This document shows positions 9,869 to 19,946 of a DNA stretch of 64,000 nt, in pieces. Under the pieces are notes generated by a model, which was given only the letters and a program-made list of their open reading frames with translations, was not told the DNA's origin and did not search any database. Origin of the DNA: Clostridia bacterium (GTDB taxonomy: Bacteria > Bacillota > Clostridia > TANB77 > CAG-508); assembly GCA_017510245.1 (NCBI GenBank), contig JAFWNQ010000003.1, positions 1,799-65,798 of the forward strand, in the 5' to 3' direction. Position 1 is the stretch's first letter; each line of letters starts with the position of its first letter. The position numbers were made by a program, and so were the translations under genes.

Positions 9869-10684
9869 ATGGACAAAATAAATGAACTATCGAAAAGGCA
9901 AAAAAATGAAGAAAGAATTCTAATAGCGAATGCATTAGATAAAGTTAGATTTGCTAACGAAAGTAATAGATTTCAATATAGAAGTTTCTTAGATTTATCA
10001 GAACAATTAAAAATAGAATTATCATTTAAACTAAGAGGTATTGGCAACTATGAACTTAATGGTGGATATGAAGATGCAGAAAGAAAAATGTTACTAATTT
10101 ATCCAAAACAACATCTAGAAAATATTAAAGATATAGACAGCTATAAAAAAGAACGCTATGATATAGTAATTGGAATTCTTAGAGTAGATTTACCAAAAGA
10201 ATTGTATGGTAAATATGAACATCGTACTTATTTAGGTGCAATAATGAAAATGGGAATAGAACGCAAAAAAATAGGAGACATATTAGTTAGAGATGATGGA
10301 GCAGACATAATTATATGCAGAGATGTAGAAGTATATCTGAAAAGAAATTTGAAGGATTTAACAAGATTTCAAAAAGCAAAAGTTGAAATTGTTTCTATAA
10401 ATAAAATTAAATACGTAAAAAAAGAAAAAGACAATTATAGAATAAATGTTAAATCTATGAGATTAGACTGCATAGTAGCAGAGCTAGCTAGGTGTTCGAG
10501 AAATGAAGCTAATAAGTTTATAGAACAAGAAAGAGTATTTGTTAATTTTAAGGAAGAACTTGTGACAAGCAAGAAAATTGAAGAGAATACCTATATTACA
10601 ATAAGAGGAAAAGGAAGATTTAAAGTATTAAAAATTGTTGGAACAACTAAAAGTGGAAGGTTAACAGTTTTAGTTGAAAAATAG
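9869..10684 (+). CDS. ylmH: YlmH-family RNA-binding protein (S4 domain)
   Basis: GGYEDAERK, HRTYLGAIM, IGDI, MRLD...SR, IRGKGR motifs. Confidence 0.88.
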   Translation: MDKINELSKRQKNEERILIANALDKVRFANESNRFQYRSFLDLSEQLKIELSFKLRGIGNYELNGGYEDAERKMLLIYPKQHLENIKDIDSYKKERYDIVIGILRVDLPKELYGKYEHRTYLGAIMKMGIERKKIGDILVRDDGADIIICRDVEVYLKRNLKDLTRFQKAKVEIVSINKIKYVKKEKDNYRINVKSMRLDCIVAELARCSRNEANKFIEQERVFVNFKEELVTSKKIEENTYITIRGKGRFKVLKIVGTTKSGRLTVLVEK

Positions 10685-10807
10685 TTTATTAAGAAAGGGA
10701 CGCATTTTTCTGTACATTTGTACATTAAGATGAGTCTCTTTTAGATTTGTATATAAAATAGAAAAAAGGTCATATTAATAATAATTACATTATAAGGAGA
10801 TGTTGAA

Positions 10808-12124
10808 ATGAAAGAAATTCCTATTAAAAGCATAAAAGCAATGCAAGTTTTTGACTCCAGGGGTAATCCAACAGTACAAGTAACAGTATCATTATTAGAT
10901 GGAACTCAAGGAGTTGCTATGGTGCCATCCGGAGCATCTACAGGTAAATATGAAGCGATAGAGCTAAGAGATAATAATTATAGAGAGTATAATGGAAAAG
11001 GAGTAAGAAGAGCTGTTGAAAATATAAATAAAAAACTACAAAAATCACTAATAGGTATGAATGCCTTAAATCAAGAAAGAATAGACAATATAATAATTGA
11101 ACTAGATGGAACAGAAAACAAATCTAGGTTTGGTGCAAATAGTATACTAGGAATATCATTGGCTACTGCTAGAGCAGCTGCTAATTATTTAAATGAACCT
11201 CTATACAGATATATAGGTGGAATTAGTGGAAATATAATACCTACTCCAATGATGAACATACTAAATGGGGGACTACATGCAGGGAATAATATAAATATAC
11301 AAGAATTTATGATAATGCCAATTGGAGTAAGAAGTTTTGAAGAGTGCATGCAAATATGTGTTGAAATATATCAAGTTTTAAAAGAATTATTAAAGCAGAA
11401 AAATATATCTACTTCAGTTGGAGATGAAGGAGGATTTGCACCTAAATTAAAATTAAAAGAGAAAGAGAAAAAAAGAAATGGCAAGATTGAAAAGACTGAT
11501 GAAATAGCAATAGAGTTAATTATAGATGCGATAAATCAAGCTGGATTTAAAGCTGGAAGAGATGTTGCTTTAGCTTTAGATGTTGCTGCTAGCGAAATGA
11601 GAGAAGCTGCAAAAACAATAGAAAAGGAAGGATATTACTTTTGGAAAACAGATGAATATAAAACAAAAGATGAGATGATTGATTATATAGAAAATCTTGC
11701 TTCAAAATATCCAATTCGTTCTATTGAAGATCCTTTAGGAGAAGATGACTGGAAGGCATGGTCAGAACTAACCAAAAGACTTGGCTCTAAAATTCAACTT
11801 GTAGGAGATGACTTGTTTGTTACTAATAAAAGAAGATTACAAAGAGGAATAGATGAAAAAGTGGCTAATTCAATATTAATCAAACCAAACCAAATAGGAA
11901 CTCTTACAGAAACAATAGAAACTATAAAACTAGCTAGAAAAAATGGCTATAGAACTATTATTTCTCATAGGTCAGGTGAAACAGAAGATACATTTATAGC
12001 TGATTTGGCAGTAGCTGTTAATGCTGGACAAATTAAGGCAGGAGCACCATGCAGGAGTGAAAGAGTCGCTAAGTATAATAGATTATTAAACATAGAAAAA
12101 GAGCTAAAAAAAAGAAAGGAATAA
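10808..12124 (+). CDS. eno: Enolase
   Basis: DSRGNPTV, PSGASTG, GDEGGF, GDDLF, LIKPNQIG, SHRSGET. Confidence 0.96.
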   Translation: MKEIPIKSIKAMQVFDSRGNPTVQVTVSLLDGTQGVAMVPSGASTGKYEAIELRDNNYREYNGKGVRRAVENINKKLQKSLIGMNALNQERIDNIIIELDGTENKSRFGANSILGISLATARAAANYLNEPLYRYIGGISGNIIPTPMMNILNGGLHAGNNINIQEFMIMPIGVRSFEECMQICVEIYQVLKELLKQKNISTSVGDEGGFAPKLKLKEKEKKRNGKIEKTDEIAIELIIDAINQAGFKAGRDVALALDVAASEMREAAKTIEKEGYYFWKTDEYKTKDEMIDYIENLASKYPIRSIEDPLGEDDWKAWSELTKRLGSKIQLVGDDLFVTNKRRLQRGIDEKVANSILIKPNQIGTLTETIETIKLARKNGYRTIISHRSGETEDTFIADLAVAVNAGQIKAGAPCRSERVAKYNRLLNIEKELKKRKE

Positions 12125-12220
12125 TTCTATTCAAAAAAATTCTTGAAATGTTTTATTTTTATTGCTACAACTTGTACAGATATTAGTTAATCCAATGATA
12201 ATAAGGGGAGAATAAGAGTA

Positions 12221-13591
12221 ATGAGAAACAAAGGAATAACATTAGTTGCACTAGTAGTAACTATTATTGTGCTTTTAATACTAGCGGGTATAACAATTAA
12301 CATGGTGCTAAAGGATAATGGAATAATAGAAAGAACAAAAGAAGCAGCAGAAGTATATAAAAAAGCTGAACAAAATGATGTGAATGCACTTAAAGAACTA
12401 GCAGAACATATTAAGAATAAAACAAGAAATGACGATGATGATTATGATGAAGAAACTGTTAGAAAGGAAGTAGAAGATGAATTAACAACAGTGGGGATTT
12501 CACCAACAGGTGTATCAGGACAAGAACCGCAGATTTCTAATCCAGATCAAATTGAAAATCCCAATATTCATATTGAAACCACTCAAAATACTGTTAATAG
12601 TGTAATTAACCAGCAAATAAACGCAGGGTTTATTGGAAACAATCTTTACAGAGGACTGCTTAATTCATATTTGATGAAGTATTCTAGTCGCGTAATTTAT
12701 GAATTTACTCCAAATTCAATTAAAGATTCTCCATGGGACACTCTTTTATACAAACCTGAGATAATTGAAGATGACATATCGGTAGTTGACGGTGAAGAAG
12801 AACTAAATACAATTTTGGAGGATAATAGAGGGTGGTTAACTATATTTAATTCACCTATTAACTATCCGATAATGCAAGGAGCAGAAAACTTGTATTATGC
12901 TTTTCATAATTTATATGGAGATTCATCAATAACAGGAGCTATTTATATGGATGCAAGGAATTCTCCTGATTTTAGTGATAGATATAATATGATTTATGGA
13001 CATAATATAAGTAATGGAACAATGTTGGGAAGTCTAAATGATTATAGGAATAGAACATATTACAACGAACATAAAAATGGCATAATAGTTGGAAAAAACG
13101 ATGTATATGACTTAAGTGCTTTTGCAGTTGCGGAAACAAATTCTAATGAAACACATGTATATGGTGTTGGAGACCGAATAAAACGATTAAAGAATTTTCT
13201 AAAAAGCGATACAGAGAATAGTGACAAAATAACTTTTTTACAATATGATGAAGAAGAAGCGCAATCTGCTCAAAGAATTCTTGCATTATCAACCTGCATG
13301 AATAATTATAATGGAACAAAAGATCGTCTAGTTGTATTCTTCAAAATGACGACTCGTAGCGTAATTAGTCTGAATGTAGAAGGATATGAAGGAGAATATG
13401 ATGGAAATGAGTATTCTATAAATGTAGATGTAATGCCATATGATGTATCAATTGAATACAGTGTTGATGGAGGAAAAACATGGACAGATGAACAGCCTTC
13501 ATTAACTGAAAGAGGAACTCTAGATATTATCGTACGTGCAACAAGAGGAGAAGTGCAAGAACAGAAATCTGCACAAATAAAAATAAACTAA
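12221..13591 (+). CDS. Pilin-like leader fused to class B sortase and a C-terminal YDG/MBG-like domain
   Basis: KG|ITLVALVVTIIVLLILAG leader; YPIMQG, GAIYMD, IYGHN, GTMLGSL, LSTC, DRLVV; GYEGEYDG tail. Confidence 0.8.
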   Translation: MRNKGITLVALVVTIIVLLILAGITINMVLKDNGIIERTKEAAEVYKKAEQNDVNALKELAEHIKNKTRNDDDDYDEETVRKEVEDELTTVGISPTGVSGQEPQISNPDQIENPNIHIETTQNTVNSVINQQINAGFIGNNLYRGLLNSYLMKYSSRVIYEFTPNSIKDSPWDTLLYKPEIIEDDISVVDGEEELNTILEDNRGWLTIFNSPINYPIMQGAENLYYAFHNLYGDSSITGAIYMDARNSPDFSDRYNMIYGHNISNGTMLGSLNDYRNRTYYNEHKNGIIVGKNDVYDLSAFAVAETNSNETHVYGVGDRIKRLKNFLKSDTENSDKITFLQYDEEEAQSAQRILALSTCMNNYNGTKDRLVVFFKMTTRSVISLNVEGYEGEYDGNEYSINVDVMPYDVSIEYSVDGGKTWTDEQPSLTERGTLDIIVRATRGEVQEQKSAQIKIN

Positions 13592-13733
13592 CTAAATTAA
13601 TAAAAAACTCTTACTTTAATACTAAAAAACTTGAAGTAAGAGTTTTTATTATATTTCCTAAAAATGGTAATTGAATTGACATACTATTATAATAATGTTA
13701 TAATGGTAAACATAAAACTGAAAGGAATAAAAG

Positions 13734-15110
13734 ATGAAAGTTAAATGCGTAACACTTGGATGTAAGACAAATAAATATGAATCAAATGCAATGGAACAAA
13801 GCTTTAAAAAACATGGATATGAAATAGTGAGTGAGAAAGATGAAGTTCCAGATATATATATTGTTAATACTTGTAGTGTAACAAATGTTGCAGAAAGAAA
13901 ATCAAGACAAATGCTTAGAAAAGTAAAAGAAGTGAATCCACAAGCGATTGTTATTGCATGTGGCTGTTATGTACAAGTCGCAAAAGAAGAAATTGAAAAA
14001 ATTGATGAAGTAGACATTGTGCTTGGTATCAATGAAAAAAACAATATTGTTAATATAGTTGAAGAATACATTCAAAACAAAAATAAAGTTGTAAAAGTTG
14101 AAGACGTAATGCATGAAAGCAGTTTTCATGATTTTGGAACAACAACATATACAGAACAGACACGAGCAGTAGTGAAAATACAAGACGGATGTGACAGATT
14201 TTGTACATATTGCATAATTCCTTATGCAAGAGGGAAAGTAAGAAGCAGAGAGCCTCAAAGTATTATAGAAGAAATAAAAAAAATATCTGAAAAAGGTCTA
14301 AAAGAAGTTATCATTACAGGAATACATATTGCCTCTTATGGAAAAGACTTCAATAATGAAAAAACGTTAGAATACAGAAAGTTATATAATTATAAAAATG
14401 AATTTGAAAAATTTAATCCTAAAGATGACCTACATTCTGGAGGTTTTAGATTAATTGAATTATTAGAACAAATAAACAAAATAGAAGGAATAGAAAGAAT
14501 TAGGTTAGGATCTATAGAACCTAAATTAATAAATAAAGAATGGGTAATGAGAGTATCAAAACTAAAAAAGATATGCCATCATTTCCATTTATCACTTCAA
14601 AGTGGATGTGATGAAACTTTGATGAGAATGAATAGGAGATATTCAACTGAAGAGTTTGCAGAATCAGTAAAAATACTTAGAAAGTATTATGATGACGTAA
14701 TATTAACAACAGATGTAATAGTCGGATTTCCAGGTGAAACAAATGAAGAATTTAACACTACATATGAATTTTTAAAAAGAATTAAATTTTATAAAATGCA
14801 TGTATTTAAATACTCATTAAGAAGAGGAACAAAAGCTAAAAAAATGCCAAACCAAGTTGATGGAAAGATTAAAGAAATTAGAAGCAAAAAATTGATAGAA
14901 CTTTCAAACATAAATCAAAAGAATTATGATCAATTAATGATTGGAAAAACAGTGAAAGTTCTTTTTGAAGAAAGAGAAGGAGAATACTATAAAGGACATA
15001 CAGAAAATTATATAATGATTAGAGCTAAAACAGATAGAAATTTAGAAAACAAAATACTTGATGTGAAAATTAAAGAAATGAGTAATAATGAATTAATTGT
15101 AATTTTATAA
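13734..15110 (+). CDS. mtaB: tRNA t6A37 methylthiotransferase (radical SAM)
   Basis: TLGCKTN, NTCSVT, KIQDGCDRFCTYCIIP, LQSGCD, TRAM-like tail. Confidence 0.92.
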   Translation: MKVKCVTLGCKTNKYESNAMEQSFKKHGYEIVSEKDEVPDIYIVNTCSVTNVAERKSRQMLRKVKEVNPQAIVIACGCYVQVAKEEIEKIDEVDIVLGINEKNNIVNIVEEYIQNKNKVVKVEDVMHESSFHDFGTTTYTEQTRAVVKIQDGCDRFCTYCIIPYARGKVRSREPQSIIEEIKKISEKGLKEVIITGIHIASYGKDFNNEKTLEYRKLYNYKNEFEKFNPKDDLHSGGFRLIELLEQINKIEGIERIRLGSIEPKLINKEWVMRVSKLKKICHHFHLSLQSGCDETLMRMNRRYSTEEFAESVKILRKYYDDVILTTDVIVGFPGETNEEFNTTYEFLKRIKFYKMHVFKYSLRRGTKAKKMPNQVDGKIKEIRSKKLIELSNINQKNYDQLMIGKTVKVLFEEREGEYYKGHTENYIMIRAKTDRNLENKILDVKIKEMSNNELIVIL

Positions 15111-15189
15111 AAAATCCTTGATTTATTATGTAAAATTGTGATATAATAATTTAGCGTTTTGAAATAGAAAAAGAAAGGAATGATTTGAA

Positions 15190-16476
15190 ATGAGCATAAA
15201 ACAAGAAAAGACAAAAAATAAAAACGAGTTAAAACTAACTTTTACAGTTGAAGCTGAGAAATTTGATGAAGCAATAATGAATGTATTTAAGAAAAGTGCA
15301 AAATACTTTAATATACCTGGATTTAGAAAGGGAAAAGCACCATTTAAGATTGTTGAAAAGTATTATGGAGATGATATTTTTTACGAAGATGCTTTCAATG
15401 ACTTAGTTCCAGAAATATATGACAAAGAGATTAAAGATAATAAAATAGATGCAGTAAGCAAACCAGAAATAGATGTTGTTCAAATGGAAAAAGGAAAAGA
15501 TTTAATATTTACTGCAATAGTTGCAACAAAGCCAGATTTTAAATTAGGAAAATATAAAGGTGTAGAATTAAAGAAAATAGAATATAAAGTTACTGACGAG
15601 GACATTGAACATGAACTAGGTCATATGGCAGAACATAATTCAAGAATGGTATCTGTTGATGACAGAGCAGTAAAAGATGGAGACCAAGTTGTAATTGACT
15701 TTGAAGGATTTGTTGATGGAAAAGCATTTGAAGGCGGAAAGGCAGAAGGACAACAATTAACTATAGGAAGCAAGACATTTATTCCAGGATTTGAAGAACA
15801 ACTTATAGGAATGAAATTAGAAGAAGAAAAAGACATAAAAGTTACATTCCCAGAAGATTATTTTTCAAAAGATTTAGCAGGAAAAGAAGCAACATTCCAC
15901 ATTAAACTACATAGTATTAGTGTGAAGGAACTTCCAAAAATAGATGACGAGTTTGCTAAGGATGTTAGTGAGTTTGATACTCTTAAAGAACTAAAAGCAA
16001 GCATTAAAGAAAAGAAAAAAGAAGAAAATGAGCATAGAGCAAAACATGAAATGGAAGACGCAGCACTAGAGGCAGTTTGTGAAAATACAACAATAGACAT
16101 TCCAGAAGGAATGATAGAACTTGAAATTGACAATATGGAAGACAATATAGGTCAAAGATTACAATATCAAGGAATGAGTTTAGACCAATATTTAAAAATG
16201 ATGGGAAAAACTGAAAAAGAGCTAAGAGAAGAATTTAAAGAAGATGCTAAAAAGAATGTAAAAACAAGTTTAGTTCTTGAAAAAATAGTTGAAGAAGAAA
16301 AATTTGAAGCTGATAAAGACTATATTAAAGAAGAACTTGAGAAAATGGCAAAACAATATAACAGAAAAGTTGAAGAACTAGAAAAGAATGATAACTTAAA
16401 AGAATACTTAGAAACAGCATCTAAAAATGAGCAAGCAGTTAAAATAATAATAGATAATGCAAAACTTACAAAATAG
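15190..16476 (+). CDS. tig: Trigger factor
   Basis: IPGFRKGKAP signature, FKBP domain FIPGFEEQL. Confidence 0.97.
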   Translation: MSIKQEKTKNKNELKLTFTVEAEKFDEAIMNVFKKSAKYFNIPGFRKGKAPFKIVEKYYGDDIFYEDAFNDLVPEIYDKEIKDNKIDAVSKPEIDVVQMEKGKDLIFTAIVATKPDFKLGKYKGVELKKIEYKVTDEDIEHELGHMAEHNSRMVSVDDRAVKDGDQVVIDFEGFVDGKAFEGGKAEGQQLTIGSKTFIPGFEEQLIGMKLEEEKDIKVTFPEDYFSKDLAGKEATFHIKLHSISVKELPKIDDEFAKDVSEFDTLKELKASIKEKKKEENEHRAKHEMEDAALEAVCENTTIDIPEGMIELEIDNMEDNIGQRLQYQGMSLDQYLKMMGKTEKELREEFKEDAKKNVKTSLVLEKIVEEEKFEADKDYIKEELEKMAKQYNRKVEELEKNDNLKEYLETASKNEQAVKIIIDNAKLTK

Positions 16477-16479
16477 AAT

Positions 16480-16521
16480 GCAGAAAGAGGGGGACTAAAA
16501 TTTTTAGTCTCCTTTTTCTGC
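16480..16521 (+). terminator. Intrinsic terminator after tig
   Basis: gcagaaagagggggactaaaa/tttttagtctcctttttctgc hairpin. Confidence 0.7.
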
Positions 16522-16613
16522 ACACTTAAATAATATCTAAAAATGCTTGATAATTTGTGAAAAAAAATATATAATAAAAAAGCAATAATATTTTTATGAA
16601 AGGAATGATAATT

Positions 16614-17231
16614 ATGAATGATATGGATAGAATAAAAGATAGTTTAGTACCTTATGTAATTGAGCAATCATCTAGGGGAGAAAGATCTTATGATATTTTT
16701 TCTAGATTACTTAAGGATAGAATAATATTTATGAGTGAAGATGTTAATTCAGCTTCAGCTAGCCTTGTAATAGCTCAATTACTTTTTTTGGAATCTGAAG
16801 ATCCAGAAAAAGATATTTTCTTATATATAAATTCACCAGGAGGATCTGTAACAGATGGATTAGGAATTATAGATACAATGAATTATATAAAATGTCCAGT
16901 AACTACAATATGTGTTGGAATGGCAGCAAGTATGGGAGCTTTGCTTTTGACATCAGGAACTAAAGGAAAGAGATATGCAACGCCAAACTCAGAAATTCTA
17001 ATACATCAACCATTAATTAGTGGAGGCGGAATTTCAGGACAAACAACAGAGATTAAAATTCATGCAGATCAAATGATTAAAACAAGAGAAAGAATTAACA
17101 AGATAATTAGTGAAACAACAGGAAAACCAATTGAACAAGTAGAAAAGGATACAGAAAGAGACCATTATATGACAGCACAAGAAGCTCTTGAATATGGGCT
17201 AATTGATGGTATTATGGACAAAAGAAAATAA
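16614..17231 (+). CDS. clpP: ClpP protease subunit
   Basis: YINSPGG, AASMG, IHQP, ERD motifs. Confidence 0.97.
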   Translation: MNDMDRIKDSLVPYVIEQSSRGERSYDIFSRLLKDRIIFMSEDVNSASASLVIAQLLFLESEDPEKDIFLYINSPGGSVTDGLGIIDTMNYIKCPVTTICVGMAASMGALLLTSGTKGKRYATPNSEILIHQPLISGGGISGQTTEIKIHADQMIKTRERINKIISETTGKPIEQVEKDTERDHYMTAQEALEYGLIDGIMDKRK

Positions 17232-17253
17232 AAATATGAGAAAGGAATAGTAT

Positions 17254-18570
17254 ATGGCTAAAGGTAATGAAAAGAATATTAGATGTTCATTTTGTGGAAA
17301 GCAACAATCTGCAGTAAAAAAAATAATTGCAGGTCCTGCAGGAATATTCATATGTGATGAATGTATAAAGACATGTGAAGGAATTCTTGAATCTGAAGAT
17401 TATTATGAAGAAGAAGAAAAATACGTAATAAATGAAGAAGCAAAATTACCAACACCACAAGAAATCAAAAGTATATTAGATGAATATGTAATAGGACAAG
17501 AAGAAGCTAAGAAAACATTATCAGTTGCAGTGTATAATCATTATAAAAGAATATATAATGAAGAAGAAAATGATGACAATAAGGATGATGTAGAAATCCA
17601 AAAAAGTAACATATTATTATTAGGACCAACTGGATGTGGAAAAACATTTCTAGCTCAAACTCTTGCTAAAATATTGCAAGTTCCATTTGCAATAGCTGAT
17701 GCTACAACATTAACAGAGGCCGGATATGTAGGTGAGGATGTTGAAAATATCTTATTGAAGCTTATACAGTCAGCTGATTATGACGTAGAAAAAGCTGAAA
17801 AGGGAATTGTTTATATCGATGAAATTGATAAGATATCAAGAAAATCTGAAAATCCATCAATTACTAGAGATGTAAGTGGAGAAGGAGTTCAGCAAGCTTT
17901 ACTTAAAATCGTCGAGGGGACAACTGCGTCAGTTCCACCTCAAGGCGGCAGGAAACATCCACATCAAGAGCTTATTCCAATAAATACATCAAATATATTA
18001 TTTATATGTGGAGGTGCATTTGAAGGATTAGACAAGATAATTGGAGATAGAATTGGAAAAAAATCGATAGGATTTGGAGCTAATGTCACAGATATTCAAA
18101 AGGTTGATAAGTATAAAATATATGGACAATTACAACCACAAGACTTGCTAAAATTTGGATTAATTCCTGAATTTGTGGGAAGACTTCCAATAATCGCTAC
18201 TTTGCAAGAATTAGACAGAAATGCATTGATTGAGATTATGACTAAACCAAAAAACTCATTAGTAAAACAATATAAAAAACTATTAGGAATTGATGGTGTT
18301 GAGTTAGATTTTGAGGAAGATGCATTAGAGGCTATGGTTGATAAAGCCATAGAAAGAAAAACAGGAGCTAGAGGTTTACGATCAATAATGGAAGAAACTA
18401 TGAGAGATGTGATGTATGAAGTTCCTTCGAATCCTAAGATAGTTAAATGTACTATTAATAAGGAAACTGTTCTTGGAAATGAAAAACCTAAAATAGAGGA
18501 AGATCCTAACAAAGAGATAAAGGAAAAAGTAAAACATAAATCAGAAGATGAAGATGAAGAAACAGCATAA
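17254..18570 (+). CDS. clpX: ClpX ATPase
   Basis: CSFC...CDEC zinc finger, [19 protein letters not shown] loop. Confidence 0.97.
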   Translation: MAKGNEKNIRCSFCGKQQSAVKKIIAGPAGIFICDECIKTCEGILESEDYYEEEEKYVINEEAKLPTPQEIKSILDEYVIGQEEAKKTLSVAVYNHYKRIYNEEENDDNKDDVEIQKSNILLLGPTGCGKTFLAQTLAKILQVPFAIADATTLTEAGYVGEDVENILLKLIQSADYDVEKAEKGIVYIDEIDKISRKSENPSITRDVSGEGVQQALLKIVEGTTASVPPQGGRKHPHQELIPINTSNILFICGGAFEGLDKIIGDRIGKKSIGFGANVTDIQKVDKYKIYGQLQPQDLLKFGLIPEFVGRLPIIATLQELDRNALIEIMTKPKNSLVKQYKKLLGIDGVELDFEEDALEAMVDKAIERKTGARGLRSIMEETMRDVMYEVPSNPKIVKCTINKETVLGNEKPKIEEDPNKEIKEKVKHKSEDEDEETA

Positions 18571-18717
18571 ACTAAAAGAACTTATAGAGATAGTGAAGTA
18601 CTATGTCTATAAGTTCTTTTTCAGTATTGTGTTTTTTCTTGAAATATTAAAGTTATGAATATTAATAAAAAAGCGATGACCTGCAACGGTAAAACATGTT
18701 GCAGGCCATCACTTTAA

Positions 18718-19041
18718 CTACTTCGCAACCAGAAAATCAGGGGTGCTGAACTCAAGGCTCAACTTACGCCTGACATTTGCAGGAATCGAGAAGCGCTGAT
18801 GTGAATTCTGAGGAAGAGTCAGAGCAATGACACACGTAGCGTCGTGCACAGTCATTCCCTCAAGCCTCTTATAAAAACCACAGCAAGACGCAGGAATCTC
18901 GTCGAAGTAATCAAAATCATAAGGATCTGAGCAGTTGCTTCCAGACTTGACATCGAGCTTGTTGTGAAGCTTGTGCTTTTTAGCGGGACGACCGAAGTAG
19001 CCCCAATAGAGCATAGGATGCTTCTTGAAAGATCGACTCAT
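18718..19041 (-). CDS. Orphan hypothetical protein (107 aa), GC-rich solo cassette
   Basis: GGAGG RBS before ATG at 19041; own TTGATT-17-TATAAT promoter; downstream hairpin ~18674-18712. Confidence 0.6.
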   Translation of the reverse strand: MSRSFKKHPMLYWGYFGRPAKKHKLHNKLDVKSGSNCSDPYDFDYFDEIPASCCGFYKRLEGMTVHDATCVIALTLPQNSHQRFSIPANVRRKLSLEFSTPDFLVAK

Positions 19042-19204
19042 GAATCCCAACCTCCAAAATCTTGAAACGGTCGTTACCAACAGAACATTACTATTATTAT
19101 ATCATAATAACAGCCAATAATCAAACAAGAACAGAAAAAAGTATAAGTATTATGTTCTATTATTTGAAAAAAAAGAATAAGTTAGATTTAGAGGTAAGGA
19201 TAAA

Positions 19205-19813
19205 ATGAAAGAAAAAGTTGAAGAACATTTGGCTAAAAACATAAAAAACTATTTAATACTAAGTTTAGTATTAATAGTAGGAGTCATTATAGGTATTATT
19301 TCTGTCAATAATTTAAAAGAAGAGCAGAAATGTGAAATAAATGATTATTTATCCGAATTTACAGATACAATAAAGAATAATAGTAAAATTGATTATTCAA
19401 AGCTTTTGGAAAAATCAATAAAGGAAAACATAAAAATAATAATACTTATAGTCTTGATAGGATTTTCAATTTGGGGAAAATTTGCAATAATAGGAATAAC
19501 TGGATATAAAGGATTTTGTTTAGGATATTCAATATCAAGTGCCATTGTTGCATTTGGTGTAGGAAAAGGAATACTATTTTCGGCAACACTTTTATTTTTG
19601 AGTCAAATATTGGTACTACCTATATGCTTTTATATAGCTGTTAAAAGCTTAAAAACATATGAATCATTAATATATGATAGTAATGATGATAAAGTAATAT
19701 TAATTGGATATGTAATATCACTTATAATTTCAATAATAATAATGATAATATCATCTTTTATTGAAACATATTTGAATAGTAATATGTTTATGTTATTTGC
19801 ACGATATTATTAA
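19205..19813 (+). CDS. spoIIM: Stage II sporulation protein M
   Basis: Multi-TM, KGFCLGYSIS and SSFIETY motifs, synteny with xerD. Confidence 0.85.
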   Translation: MKEKVEEHLAKNIKNYLILSLVLIVGVIIGIISVNNLKEEQKCEINDYLSEFTDTIKNNSKIDYSKLLEKSIKENIKIIILIVLIGFSIWGKFAIIGITGYKGFCLGYSISSAIVAFGVGKGILFSATLLFLSQILVLPICFYIAVKSLKTYESLIYDSNDDKVILIGYVISLIISIIIMIISSFIETYLNSNMFMLFARYY

Positions 19814-19946
19814 AAATAACAAATGCTGACAACATAAACAAAAAAAATAAAAATAAAGCTAAAAAAGTCTTTACTTTTTGTTAATAATTTGATATAACTT
19901 AATAAACTATTTATGTAAATAATTTTTTATAGGGGTGCAAAGAATA

